A stretch of 64,000 bases of DNA from the human T2T-CHM13v2.0 reference genome, Homo sapiens, in the NCBI RefSeq assembly GCF_009914755.1, contig NC_060933.1. The stretch is one strand, 5' to 3'. Of this stretch, positions 49,395 through 62,880 are shown piece after piece (position 1 is the first letter of the stretch; every line of letters begins with the position of its first letter). The position numbers were made by a program, and so were the translations under genes. A model generated the notes under the pieces. That model worked only from the letters and a program-made list of their open reading frames with translations, made no database searches and had not been told where the DNA came from.

Positions 49395-49918
49395 ATATTT
49401 AGCCTAAATAAGAGATTCCCAAATGTCCACTTTTTAAATTACTGCACCAGAATAATATGAACGCTTTTGAAAAATACAGAATTTACTCCTAGAAAAGCTG
49501 ATTTACTAAGTCTGGGATGATGCCTAGGAATCTGCACTTTTAGCAGGCTACATTTCCCATCGCTACCACTTTTTCTGGGAGGAGTTGGGGGAGACAGGGT
49601 CTCACTCCGTCGCCCAGGCTGGAGTGCAGTTGCACAAGCACGGCTCACTGCAGCCTTGACCAAGTCTTGGGCTCAAGCCAATATTGCCACCTCAGCCTCC
49701 TATGTAGCTAGAACTACTGGCAGACATCACAATGCCGGGCTAATTTTTTCAATTTTTAGTAGAGATGGGGTCTCCTTATGTTGCCCTGGCTGGTCTCAAA
49801 CTCCTGGGCCCAAGTGATCCTCTTGCTGTGGACTCCCAAAGTACTGAGATTACAGGTGTAAGCCACTGTGCCCAGCCTACACTTTTAATTCTGATGCAAA
49901 GCAGGTTTGGAAACCATG
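49395..49918. mobile_element. MER5-like fossil interrupted by an antisense AluJ (49590-49877)
   Basis: GCCTAGGAATCTGCACTTTTAGCAGG and ATTCTGATGCA...TTTGGAAACCA; Alu consensus in between. Confidence 0.7.
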
Positions 49919-50952
49919 AGACTAAATGACCTCTAACACTCCTGATAGTCTGAAAGTTACAAAATTGTAGGTTGAAACTTATTTTCTATTTATTCAACCC
50001 AGAATTATTTCCCCATTCATGATTAGCATTCCCACTCAAACATCGGCATTGTCAATTTCAGGTTAGCAATGGAGAGATAGGTCCAAAAACAATAAACCAA
50101 GTATCAATAGTTTGCCCAAACTAGTACAGTATTATTTCATTTATGAAAGTATGAGGTAGATCTAAGCATAGCTTTTCTACAGAACACACATTTTTAAATA
50201 AAAGTTTTAAGACATCATATTTTGGAAAAACTCAACTATCTGCTGGAAATAACCAAGAAAGGCAACATTAAAAAGCATTTTCCCTGTTATGAATAACTCA
50301 AAATAGTTATGAAATGAATATGTCTACTTACCAATAACTTACAAAGCCTTAACACAAATCTATACTCTACCTGAGGCAATAATAAACTTTCTAAGAACAG
50401 AGCTCAAGTTTTTAAAGTATAAATTACTATAAGACTAAAATTAACCCAATAAACAAAAATAAGTCAGAGGAAGAAATAGTCTTATATCACTGATACATCA
50501 TCTGCGCTTCATAATTGTAAAAAAGGAAAGATTGAGTTCTTTGGTAACTGTTCTTGTTTATTTCATTAACTGGTTGTTGCAAAACACACGCCTATTGGCT
50601 TTAAAGAACTTTTAAAATCTCGGCCAACACTTTTCACACACTACAATACAAACCAAGATTCTCTCCAGTTCATTCTTCAATTTCCATGAATATCACCTAC
50701 TGCATGATATTGGTTCCTATTGCTTTTACAGCTTTATATTCCCAACTTATTATTTCAGCTTAACTTGAACAATAATCGCTGGTAGAGTAACTCAGAAGAG
50801 TTTTTCACTGATTACAAATATCCTGATTTACCATGAAAAAAAACGAGTCCTGCTTCCTGTGGGTTTGCAAAATAATCTAAAATAGTAATACCTCAAACAC
50901 GTGAAGTCACTGCAACAAGGGGATGGAGAAATCATGTGCTTCTTTAAAAGTC

Positions 50953-51252
50953 TTTTTTTTTTTTTTTTTGTGACAGGGTCACTCTGTGTTCCCCAGGCTG
51001 GAGTGCAGTGGCACAAACACGGCTGACTGCAGCCTCAACCTCCTGGGTTCAACTGATCCTCCTGCCTCAGCCTCCTGAGTAGCTGGAGCCACAGGCACAC
51101 ACCGCCACGCTCAGCTAATTTTTTATTTTTTGTAGAGATGGGGTTCTTGCCATGTTGCCCAGGCTGGTCTTGAAATCCTGGGCTCAAGCAATACCTCCCT
51201 CCTCGGCCACCTAAAGTGCTGGGATTACAGGCATGAGCCACTGTGCCAGGCC
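50953..51252 (-). mobile_element. Alu (AluJb-like)
   Basis: Antisense dimer. Confidence 0.93.
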
Positions 51253-51356
51253 AAAATATTTTGAAAGGCTTTGAAGTATGTGTCCCATTTGAAGAGAAAT
51301 ACTGCCCTAGCACTAGGCCAATTTGCTATCTCAGTTACTTGGCCTGTCCACATCCT

Positions 51357-51537
51357 TTTTTTTTTTTCTTTCCTTTTAAGAGATCAGGTCAGGTCACACT
51401 CTGTCACTCAGGCTAGAGTGAAGTGGCGGCACAATTAGAGCTCACTGTAGCCTCAAACTCCTGAACTCAAGCAATCCTCCACCTCAGCCTCCTAAATAGC
51501 TGGGACTACAGGCACATGCCACCACAGCCAGCTAATT

Positions 51538-51568
<31 letters not shown>

Positions 51569-51681
51569 GGTAGAGACAAGGTCTTGCTATGTTGCCCAGG
51601 CTGGTCTCAAACTCCTGGCCTCAAGTGATACCCCTATCTCAGCTCCCAAAGTGCTGGCATTATACATCAGCCACCATGCCC
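51357..51681 (-). mobile_element. Alu (AluJo-like) with a (TTTA)n linker
   Basis: Antisense dimer. Confidence 0.92.
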
Positions 51682-52103
51682 CCAACATCCCAAACAGCTA
51701 AAGTAACCTGATATAAAGTTGCCATGTAAAATTTTAAAATGTTCCAAGCTACTGAGTTTAAATTTCTAATTCTACCTCTCAACTCCTTGGTAAAACCTTA
51801 GGCAGACTAAATATAAGAATGACCATTATCCCATATACAACTTAACCTTTGAGATTCTTTTTTTCTCCTTCCTAACACTCAAGTAAACACTCTAGATTCA
51901 GCAGGCTCCTTTATGACCAGTACCTTAAAACAACACATTATTTTGGCCTAACTTAAAACCAGAATTAGTAGTCAAAGTGCTGGGATCAGATGCAAACCAA
52001 ATGGTTGCTGGGAAAGTGGGGGCAGATGGGAAACTTGCAAAATAAGATAGCTAAATGCATTCAAATATTTGTATAACTTCTCATTTGACAATTTCTTTTA
52101 GAA

Positions 52104-52705
52104 GAGGATCTGTTCCAAGACTCCCAGCAGACGCCTGAAACTTCGAATAGTACACAACTCCATATATATTATGTTTCTGCCTATACATACATACCTATGG
52201 CAAAGTTTAATTTATAAATTAGGCACAGTAAGACAGTAACAATAACTGATAATAAAATGGAACAATTAAAACAATATGGTATAAGTTGGCTGGGCACAGT
52301 GGCTCATGCCTGGAATCTCACCACTTTGGGAGGCCTAGGTGGGAGGACTGTTTGAGGCATGGAGTTTGAGACCAGCCTGGGGAACATAGTGAGACCCTGT
52401 CTGTACAAAAAAAAATTTCTAAATCAGCCAGGCATGGTGGCATGCACCTGCAGTTCTAGCTACTCAGGAGGCTGAGGCGGGAGGATTACTTGAGCCCAGG
52501 AGTTTCAGGATACAGTGAGCTGTGACTGCACCACTGCACCTCAGCCTGGGCAACACAGCAAGAGACCCTGTCTTTAAAAAAGAAAAAAAAAAAAGTTATG
52601 TGAATGTGGTCTCTCTCTCAGAATATCTTATTGTACCGTACTCACCTATTTTTGAAAGTAACTGAAACCACAGAAAGCGAAAACGCATATAATGAGGGAC
52701 TACTA
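52104..52705. mobile_element. MER44A-like (TcMar-Tigger) element interrupted by an AluJ (52288-52594, + strand)
   Basis: GTTCCAAGAC...AAAGTTTAATTTATAAATTAGGCACAGTAAGA and terminal GGGACTACT.TA. Confidence 0.82.
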
Positions 52706-54789
52706 TAATTGTGTAAGCACAGAGTTACCAATTAATGGTTGGTATCTGCAATTGGTACAGAACTTGGTGAAGTCTAAATAATTACTTTTCCTGGAACCAC
52801 TGCTACTGGGTTATACATTATGCTTCAGGGAAAGGTGATGGCAAGAGTATTCACTGCTACTGGCCAAGTAGCCACTCGTAACAAGATGGAGATCAAAGCT
52901 TCCAAAAAAAGCAACATCGTATCAGTGACAAGACTAGATTGAGAAATCCTGCTCTATAGCTATGGTCAGAATTTCCTAATCTGAAGTTCACAGACAAACC
53001 CACCAAGGAGGTGATAAATGAGTTCCTGGATTCCATAATTGAAACTGCTTTCAAAATGTGTTTATGTACATGTATTTAGGGAGAGAATCCATAGCGGATT
53101 TTTAAATATTATCATCTAATTTAATTAGATAGGGAGAGTTTTAAATAATGTTATCTAATTTAATCCTCACAATCAATGAAGAAGGTACTAATATTCTCAT
53201 TTTATAGACTCAGGAAACTAAAACGTTATGGGAAATGAAAACCTTACCAAAAAAGTGGTAGAGCATTAATTCCAAATATGTCCTTAAAACACATATATGT
53301 ACACATACAATACAACAGCTAGTCAGAGATTGTTTTAACTATAAAAGAACAGGTTTTTTATTAGCATATATGGCCTGGAAGCCAAATACTGGGGAAAACA
53401 AGCAATTTTATTTATTAACATAGAAATAATAGTTGTAAATTATCTTAACAACTTAAATACCTTTAAAATAACATATAAATCTCCATTTTATAGATAAGGA
53501 AGCAAAGAAATGGAGAGGTTAAGTAATTTGTCAAAGATCACATAGCTAGTAAAATTCAAAGTCACGATTCTGGCTCCAAAATCTGCTCTTTACTATGCTG
53601 TAAATACTGCTTCTCCAAACATTTAATACATGAAATTTTTTAACTATGGTCATTTTAAAGGGAAAAAAAGCAAGAAGGCCAAAGAATCATCCAATTTGGA
53701 AAAGTTTATTATAATAAGGTATTTCATTTATTCTATTCTCGCACATATGAAACAAAAGCAATGGGAGACAAGAGAAGCAATTACATTTGCATGCTCTTTC
53801 AGATACATAACCTTATTGGATTTTCATGGCTGTGTGTGCAGGAAGGGCAAGTGCTATTTGTCTCACATTTTAAAGATGAGTTAACTGACACTCTGAGACA
53901 TTAATCTCACTACTCACCATTACCTAAACATTTCTGCCTCTAAGATTTCCTGTACATGGTTTTCCATTGGAATTAGCCCCCTTTCTCTGTCTAGTAAAAA
54001 TTCAACTAACCTTTTAAAGCTCAAACCAGGTTAACCTACTTAGATATACCTTTCCTGGCACTTGTAGGCAGAATTAACCCCTCTTTTCTCTGTTCTCCCT
54101 TAATATAGTTCACACCAATCCACCAGGCATCCTCTTTGTCATCAGTTATATTTACGTGTAGCTCCCTAGTCAGATAGTGGGCTCCAGGATGGCAAGGGTT
54201 TTATATACAGGAAAAACAATCCCTAGGATTCTACTGCCGAATCAGTAAAAGGATGAATCAGAAAACTAGCACAGTTTGGCAAAAAGAAACATGAATTCAC
54301 ACTGACATGCTGTTGTTATCTTCATAACTTAAGAATTTATCCTCACGGCTAGCAGCATTACCCCCAAACACTTATAGTGATGCTTCCTGCATGGTGCTTG
54401 GGAAACACCTAGGCAGACGGCACCTGAGACGATGACTCCTCTTCTATTAGCTACTAATCACTCAATTTTAGTTATGTGCTGCTGAAGCAAACATGCTACT
54501 AATCATCCAGATACATTGTTTTATTGAGTTTATGCTTATTTCTTCCAAGTATATCAAGAAGTCCCAGGAAGACTATGAAAACATTTACATCCCCATGTTG
54601 GAGACATGTGGGTTTCAATATTTCATGGTTTCTCTGGAATATTGGAAACCACCAATATTTCGTGGTTTCTCTGGAAAAGAAAGGAGGTATGTGAAATTAA
54701 GGAATGGCATGGTGAGTTCTAACAAACTCAAAACCAATCTAAATCAAGAGTTAAATAGTTGGATTGGCTTGTTAAATGTCAGCCTATAA

Positions 54790-54942
54790 TTTTTTTTTTT
54801 AGAGACAGATTCTCACTCTGTCACCCAGGCTGGAGTGCAGTGGTGGATCACAACTCACTGTAACCTCAAACTCTTGGGCTTAAGGAATCCTCCCTCCTCA
54901 GCCTCCGAAAGTGCTGGGATTACATGTGCCACCCTGCCTGGT
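54790..54942 (-). mobile_element. Alu monomer/fragment
   Basis: Antisense Alu-like sequence. Confidence 0.85.
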
Positions 54943-56689
54943 CACTCTTAGCTAATTTAACCCTTAACTTTTTTTAACCCTTAGACTTTATCCTTGCACC
55001 GAGTATATAAACCCCTTAGCCAAACTCACTTAAAAAACCCAAATGTGTGCTCAAACTTGCTTGATGATAAAAACTAAAGAACTTAAAGGAATGAGGATGA
55101 TGAAGGCCATTATGCCATGATACACAATTATTTCAAATACAGTGGGCAACACCCCATGTCATTCCAGAAACCTACCTTTCTGTAGTTTTTCAAGTCTGTG
55201 AAAAGCATTCTTTTTAGAATGCTATGAATTTAAGGAATAATATTTTGTAAGCATCTAAAGGTTTGGTGAAGTCAAAATCAGTATTTTTTTTAAAGTCTAA
55301 ATATTTATCCAAATAGTATAAGGCTTGACATCGCTTTATATTATTGGACCAAGAGGAAGACTTTTTAAAATAAACCCATTAAAAAGTTTTAAACATATTA
55401 CACAGTTACAGTTGCCTGATTTTTTGTGTGTGTATACAATTTACTGTCATAACACTGAAAACTCAACAAAGCTGGCTAATGCAGAGTTTTGACAGAGGGT
55501 GAATTAAACTGATATAGAAGGTAAACAGTTTACATTCAAACCTAAATCTCAGTGGTTGATATTTTTTCTTTTAACGTGTACCATTTGGCTGCTTTAAAAA
55601 TGAATTTGAGACCAGTCAGCCTTTAGTATTTAAACCTAAAGCAAATAGTAATAACTATCCCCATTTAGAGATTAACTTCAATTCAGCAGGCAGTTCTGTA
55701 AGCCCTTTTCCTATTAAGTATTCCTAGATCTGTCCCATTGTAAATCACATATTCTGAAGATTCATATTATTAATTCATTTTTCAAATTTTTCATCACAGA
55801 CATTCAACAGAATCAAAAATAACCACTATGTCCTATAATGTACTGGTATCGTTTCAGCCAGAACAAATGACATCTGACATTTTAGTTACACTCTGTGTTC
55901 TCAACTAAGAAGAAATGCAAGCTTTACATTAGGTGGTGGGTTTTTGGTTTATTTTTTGCTTTTTCAATATGGAAAATAGCTTGTGGACTATCACTAACAC
56001 CTCTGTGGTAACTTAGTAATGCAGGATCTCAGCAAAGGAGATCATCAATCATGGAGGTCGAGGTTTTTCATCTTCCCCTATGACCTCACCTATAGACCTA
56101 CCTGCTATTATTATAGGCAAACAAGTAGAAGAAATTTACATGTTTGACTTTGGCTCTGCAGTGATGGGTCTACTCCTAGATATCAACAGTAAGTTCTGTA
56201 GTAGACAACAGAAGCAGTATGATGAGTGAGCACTGGAAACATGAAGTCCAGTATTCAAATTCTGGCTTATAACCTTGGCTCCTGGCAATGTAACTTTAGG
56301 CAAATCACTTCAAGTTTTTTCATCAGGAAAATGTGGGTTGTTGAGAATTTAATGAGATAAAATATACAAATCCTAGTATATAGCAGATCCCCAATATATG
56401 TTAATCTCTTACCCTTGTTAACAATTAAAATACTACTGCAAAATCAGGTATTTTACATTTTTAGAATCACAAAATAATACCATTCAAAGACATTTTCTCA
56501 GACATTCATTTGAGTCTGCTTGTACAAATTACTGCACAGTCTATCCCACAGTTCATTAGTTCTCTGCTGCACACAAATTGATTTTATAATTTAAATACTC
56601 TCGACTTGAAACCCAGAGAGGAATGTAAGAGCATCCATCAGCGGTGGTCTCACTGCTCACTGGTTCTTGGGATGTGGATGGGAGAATGA

Positions 56690-56799
56690 AGAAGGGCTAT
56701 CAGGCCAGCCTTCAGAGGACTCCAAGGAACATTCAACGCTGTCGGTGAGTTTGGGATTTGAAAAAACCACTGACCGTTGACTGTACCTTGGGGTCCTTA
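56690..56799 (+). ncRNA. MIR181A2: pre-miR-181a-2 hairpin; mature miR-181a-5p at 56728-56750 (AACATTCAACGCTGTCGGTGAGT), miR-181a-2-3p at 56766-56787 (ACCACTGACCGTTGACTGTACC)
   Basis: Matches the miR-181a mature and 181a-2 precursor sequences as I recall them. The arms are complementary (AGGACTCCAAGG...CCTTGGGGTCCT). A CNNC motif (CGAC, 56804-56807) lies ~17 nt past the 3p end. Confidence 0.98.
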
Positions 56800-57359
56800 C
56801 AGACGACACTACATTTCCTGAAGCAAAAGAGCAAGCTGTACCTTCACATGTCACATGAGTTCACCAGAAATGGTCCTGCAATCCCCCAAATGTGGTCCAG
56901 TGAATTTTATTCCTACTGCTCACTGTTCCTTGCTTTCTGTTGTGTGTTTTATTATTATTTGTTTGTTTTTACAAAAAAAGTGTTTCATTTCAACAAGGTA
57001 AGGAGCAGTCCATGATGATATCTAATGTACCTACATGTCTCCTAGATATGCACCATTCTGGTGAGAAACAGGACGTAGCAAGTAAAAATTTATTAAAAAT
57101 ACGTATTTTGTTTTGGAATAAAATCCAGTTAAATAATTACTCCCATTTCTCCCACATCCTCTCAAAATTTTTAATTAGGGGCAAGGGGAGGATTTAATAA
57201 GCAAAAATAGCACAAAATTATCCAATTGTGACAGTTCTTATCACATTTCACTTTGAATTATAGTTAATATGGTTAATTTTTGATATCCCAGTTAGAGCAT
57301 GAGCTATTGCCTTACTAGTGCCCACATATCCCCACATATGCTTATTTAAATGTTTGCTA

Positions 57360-57590
57360 AATTCAAGCAAAAACTTAGCCCTGGAGTCAGTCAGATCTGG
57401 GATGAATCTTGGCTCAAGCCCTTAACTAGTTATTTGACCCCCTAAGCAAGTGTCTCAGTTTTCTCACATATAAAACAGAGGCTAAGAGTACCTATCATGG
57501 AGTTTTGAGACTCAATGAGATAATATATAAGGTGCTTTGTACCATTACTAGCCCACAGCAAATGCTCAATATATGTAAGCTGTTATTATT
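57360..57590 (+). mobile_element. MIR between the two miRNA hairpins
   Basis: CTGGAGTCAG...CTCAGTTTTCTCA...GCTCAATA. Confidence 0.75.
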
Positions 57591-57957
57591 AAACTCCAAC
57601 ATAATCTGCTAATTTACCTCAAAAAAGCACTCATACTTCTCAGTTCAAAACAAAGAGGAAAAGCAGGTCCCTCAGCTGTGGTTTACAGGTACTAATATGC
57701 AAGCACTGCCTGTGTGGCGCAGTGCTACCTGTGAGGTTCTCCAAGCACTCCTTCCTTCTCTGAACCACAGCTTCCTCATCTGCAATAACCTCCCAGCTCC
57801 AATGTCAATGTTATGGACACCTGTGTGGGCCCTCAATCATGCAGATGGCTGGTTACTAAGGGAGAAGCCAGACACACAGACTTCAAAGAACTGAGATGGA
57901 AAAGAAGAGCCAGGAGTCAGCCAGGGAGGGCAAAGGCAACCCCACCAACTGAAAACA

Positions 57958-58046
57958 CTGATGGCTGCACTCAACATTCATTGCTGTCGGTGGGTTTGAG
58001 TCTGAATCAACTCACTGATCAATGAATGCAAACTGCGGACCAAACA
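57958..58046 (+). ncRNA. MIR181B2: pre-miR-181b-2 hairpin; mature miR-181b-5p at 57973-57995 (AACATTCATTGCTGTCGGTGGGT), 3p arm at 58011-58030
   Basis: Recognised mature miR-181b sequence with complementary 3p arm CTCACTGATCAATGAATGCA. Basal UG at -14 (57959-57960). Clustered 1.27 kb downstream of mir-181a-2. Confidence 0.98.
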
Positions 58047-59567
58047 ACCCAAAGGAAGCAAAAGCATGTGCAGAGAGTCGCCTGAGTGCAGCAGCTACTG
58101 CTGTGAGTGGGAGCTGCTACTATTTCCAAAACACTAGCTAAAGCTTTTCTTGTTCTCCTTGGTTCTAACATGGAGTAAGTTCTCTAAATTCCTAGTACTT
58201 TTCTCCTTTTTCAATAGTCTAGATTTAAGGAAATGATATTTTATAGGAAGAATTAAATACATATCTGGATATCACATCACATTTTAAAAATCAGTACATT
58301 CAGAATTTCTAAACAGAATCATATGCTTATTATTTAGAAATTCAAATACAAAAATATACAAAGTAAAAATTGAAAATCCCTTCAATCATCATCTGCAATC
58401 CATTTCCTCGGAGGAAAACATGTATAATTATAATAAACTTATTAAGATAATAAATATCATAACTAGAATTTATTTTATATCCTTGAAGACCTTTATCCAT
58501 ACATACACAGATAAATAGCTGTAATTTTGCATGTTTTGGGGGGAGAGTGGCTTAGACAAAAATAAGCTCATTTTTACCTATTGTTCTATAATCTATTTTG
58601 TTATTCAGCTATATATCATAGACTTCCACAACAGTCTTTTATGTACTCGTCATTCTTTTAAATGGCTATATAGTATGACTTAATATGAATGTTCTGGTTA
58701 TTATTCAGATGTACATCAATATTCTCTTTTGACAAAAACTATGAGGCTCATTCATTCTAACCTTTGCAAACCATGTCCCTCAAACAGGAAAAACACCTAA
58801 GTGAGATAGAAGATGTACATTTTTCTTAACAAAAAATTTAAATGTAGTATCAACTCTCTAAATCCTGTAACATGAGATAAGCCACTAAATCCCATGTTAA
58901 AGAAAGAAAAACAAGGCCCTTGGTCATGAATAATTTATCATACACTTAAGTCTAAGAAGAAGCAGATTCTCATAGCAAAAGTCAAATAAGACAGTAAGAG
59001 AAGAGTCTTGTCAAATTAGCCTTGACAATTAAGCAAGCCTTAATTTGACAAGGCTTTCCTGTCAAATTAGGAAGGAGAAGTGATGGGGTAATGAGACAAG
59101 AACCAGAAAGAGAAATCAAAGCCAAAAGAAAAATCTAAAGAAAACTATGAGAGTTCAGAGAAAATATCAGGTTCAAGCCAGTGTTTCCCAAACTTCTTGT
59201 ACACCAGAATCATCTAGAGTTGCTTTTAAAATGGCAAATTCCTGAGCCCTACTCTAGACGAGGTGATTTTGGGTCACTGGAAGCTGGAAGCAAAGTAAAT
59301 AAAGTTCACTAGCTTAACATCGGCTTCCTGCCCCCATCCCACCACCACATTTCATGTCATCCACTTTTCAACTATTGCCCAACCTTTTGTGTCACCACCT
59401 GAAATCGCCACTATTCTGCTGAGTGCAGACAGGTAGAGTCACATTTGTGCTGCTTTTAAGTATCTCCAGACTACATAAAATTTTGCACCATGTTTGGTGG
59501 CCAAATATACATCAAATTGTGTCTGATGTTTTATGGAAATGAATGGATTTGGATTTACGCTATCTAA

Positions 59568-59916
<349 letters not shown>

Positions 59917-60757
59917 CCGAGGGGGTCTTTATAGAAGAGTTTTTTGTGAGACTGGTAGACACACAGAAGGTACTCCACGCAGTCTTGTTTTTCAAGATGC
60001 TGTGCATTCTAGGCATTTATTTTTAACCAATTATTTCCAAAATTTCTGAAAACATTAGAAAAGAATGTCTGACACGTACTTTGAAAAATGTACACTTGAA
60101 CAAGCATGCTATTTATTTACAGACTATTACATAGTCTTTAAATATGCCAATGAAACAATTATATATTTCATTAAACCAAATCCAAGTTTTCTCTTGGATA
60201 AAACTAAGTACTACAAGAAGGGAGACAATTATGTAAGTTAAAGGGTGTTTTCTGCAGATAGGCCTCAAAATAAATACCTGTAACAGAAAAATTACATGGC
60301 ATGTATAGGGGACAGGAAGAGAATAGTCCAGAGACTGTATTAGGGAGTCATAAGGAATGGCACTGAAAAGGTAAAAGGACATATTACAGAAGGACTTGTG
60401 AGCAAGGCGCAAAGTCAATTAGTCCAACAGAGAGCCGTTTTAAATGCTAAACTCAGCAAGGAGACAATGAAAGCAAGACTGGGAAGAGTCACTAAGCAGA
60501 TGAAGTGAGGGGAAGAAAAGAGAAAAAAGAGAACTTTCTTGCACAAGTTAGCAGGGGTAGAACTGAGTCAACAGGAATGGAATGAAAGGAAAGGTTATCT
60601 CAAAAAGGCATACTTTGGCTTTTGTTTTTCAAAATAAAAGCCTACTGGCTGACCCCCTTCCATCATCCTGTTCGGTGTATAGCCTCACAGATATTTCAAG
60701 ATACTTAAAATGCATGTATTTATACTTAGAGAAAATAACATCACAAATTATACATAA

Positions 60758-61206
<449 letters not shown>

Positions 61207-61299
61207 TGAAATCTTTCTTCACTTAAAATATTGTGGCCATCTTTCCATATCGATATATCAGAACCACCTTCCAAAGAACTGGCTCAAACAGAAAAGAAA

Positions 61300-61990
61300 G
61301 CAAAGAGTCAAGAATGATGCCAAACTTTCCTGACTAGATTAGGAGCCTGGAGTGTACTAAGAAAGAAATGGGCAATTTCACAATGGAAGAAAGAGGATTC
61401 CACTTTTGGAACAGATATCAGAACAAGGAATGCACATTTATGATTCATAAGCATGGATCTGAGAAAGAATGATCTAAGTGCAGAAAGAAAAAGGTAACAA
61501 ATACTTATTGGACACCTAGTGTATACCTGGACTGCAACAGGAGCCAGGAGACATGGAAGAAACAAAAGTATATAACGTAAAAGGCAGAACTAATTCTAAC
61601 GAACAAATAGCTAATTGCAAGTGTGAAGAGCTCTGCAGAAGATAAAAGTAAGGTACTATGAGAGCAAATAATAGGAGGGACCAATCCAGTCTTGGTGGTA
61701 AGAAGGGTCAGGGAACTTCCTTGAGGAAGTGATGTATAAGTAAAGACTTCAAGGGTATGTGTAACTACCTTGGTGAAATAGAGTAAGCATTCCAAGCATA
61801 GAGAATGGATGGTATGTTGTGTAGGCCAAAGAAGCAGTGTTTTTACAAAACAGAAATTGTGACTAAAGCACATAAAAAGATGGTGAAAAAGTCATGAGAC
61901 AAGGCCAGAAAAGAAGGTAGGATTTAAAAAAAAAAAAAACAGATTACTAATAGTTTTGGAAAGAACAATTTTGGCGTTCTAGTCATTGTG
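61300..61990. mobile_element. L2 fragments
   Basis: GAGTCAAGAATGATGCC, GGTCAGGGAACTTCCTTGAGGAAGTGA. Confidence 0.55.
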
Positions 61991-62029
61991 GAAATAGATT
62001 TCTGGAAAGGTAGTGATGAAGAGCTTGGG

Positions 62030-62210
62030 CTAAATGAGGGTAAAAATCTCAGCTGTTACTTAGCAACTATATGAACTTGAGCAAATTACTTAACCTTTAA
62101 ATCTGTGTCATCTGTAAATAGGAGATACAACAATAGTATTTGCTTCACAGGGCTGCTTGAAGATTAAGAATACATGTAAAGAATTTCACACAAGATCTGA
62201 CACACAAAAT
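62030..62210 (+). mobile_element. MIR
   Basis: GCAAATTACTTAACCT...CATCTGTAAA. Confidence 0.7.
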
Positions 62211-62566
62211 ATTAAGATCTTAGTGTATGTGCATGTGTTGTGTGTGTGTTTTGTAAGCGCTGCCAAGCATGACTGGCTGATAGGAGACAAAAAGCAGACA
62301 GGAAGTTCAAACAGACTAGAAGCAAAGACGTTAACAACTGTGATCTCAAAGTTGTAGAATTATAGGTAATTTTTATGTTTATTATTTATACTCTTATAGA
62401 TCTTCCAAGTATTTACCAATAAGCATAAACTATTTCAACAATTAAGAAAAAGTTAATTTTAAATCATGTCTTTCTACTCTGGTTTCTCTTCAGATCATAT
62501 AAATCTTTCGCCTTTTAAATCATGTATTAAAAAAAAAGAAAAAGGAAAAACAAAGATTTCTTTTAG

Positions 62567-62880
62567 ATGCAGAATCTACCTACATTCGGCTGAAAATCAG
62601 ATGGAAGAATCCACAGAGGAAAGGAAGGAAAGGCGAACTGTCCTGTGGAAAGCACAGCTGCAGGGATAGTAGAAAGTAACAGGCTCTCGATCCGTGGGAG
62701 GTGGTCACTTTGGAGGACAGATAAGTCATCCTCAGAGAACGAACACAATGAAGGAAATTCCAGCCTATTCATGTTCTCCTCTCAGGCTGTACCTCAACAA
62801 GATCCAACTGGACTTTGTGATCTCATAACCTGTCAAGGGGCCTGGCATGGAGTAGATAATAAATGTTTTTTTTAATCAAA
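62567..62880 (+). ncRNA. MIR181A2HG: MIR181A2HG terminal exon (an alternative acceptor at 62493|62494 is possible)
   Basis: Acceptor TTTCTTTTAG|ATG, a purine-rich exon-like body, then AATAAA at 62858-62863 followed by T-rich sequence. Confidence 0.6.
62858..62863 (+). terminator. Polyadenylation signal AATAAA of the host transcript
   Basis: Canonical hexamer followed by T-rich downstream tracts (62865-62920). Confidence 0.6.

Noticed and set aside
53080-53165. Short palindrome ATCTAATTTAATTAGAT and degenerate local duplication
   Set aside because: AT-rich and short, next to a MIR; too weak to support a function.
56994-57004. Strong donor CAAG|GTAAGG between the two miRNAs
   Set aside because: No matching acceptor or exon could be supported; isolated donors are common.
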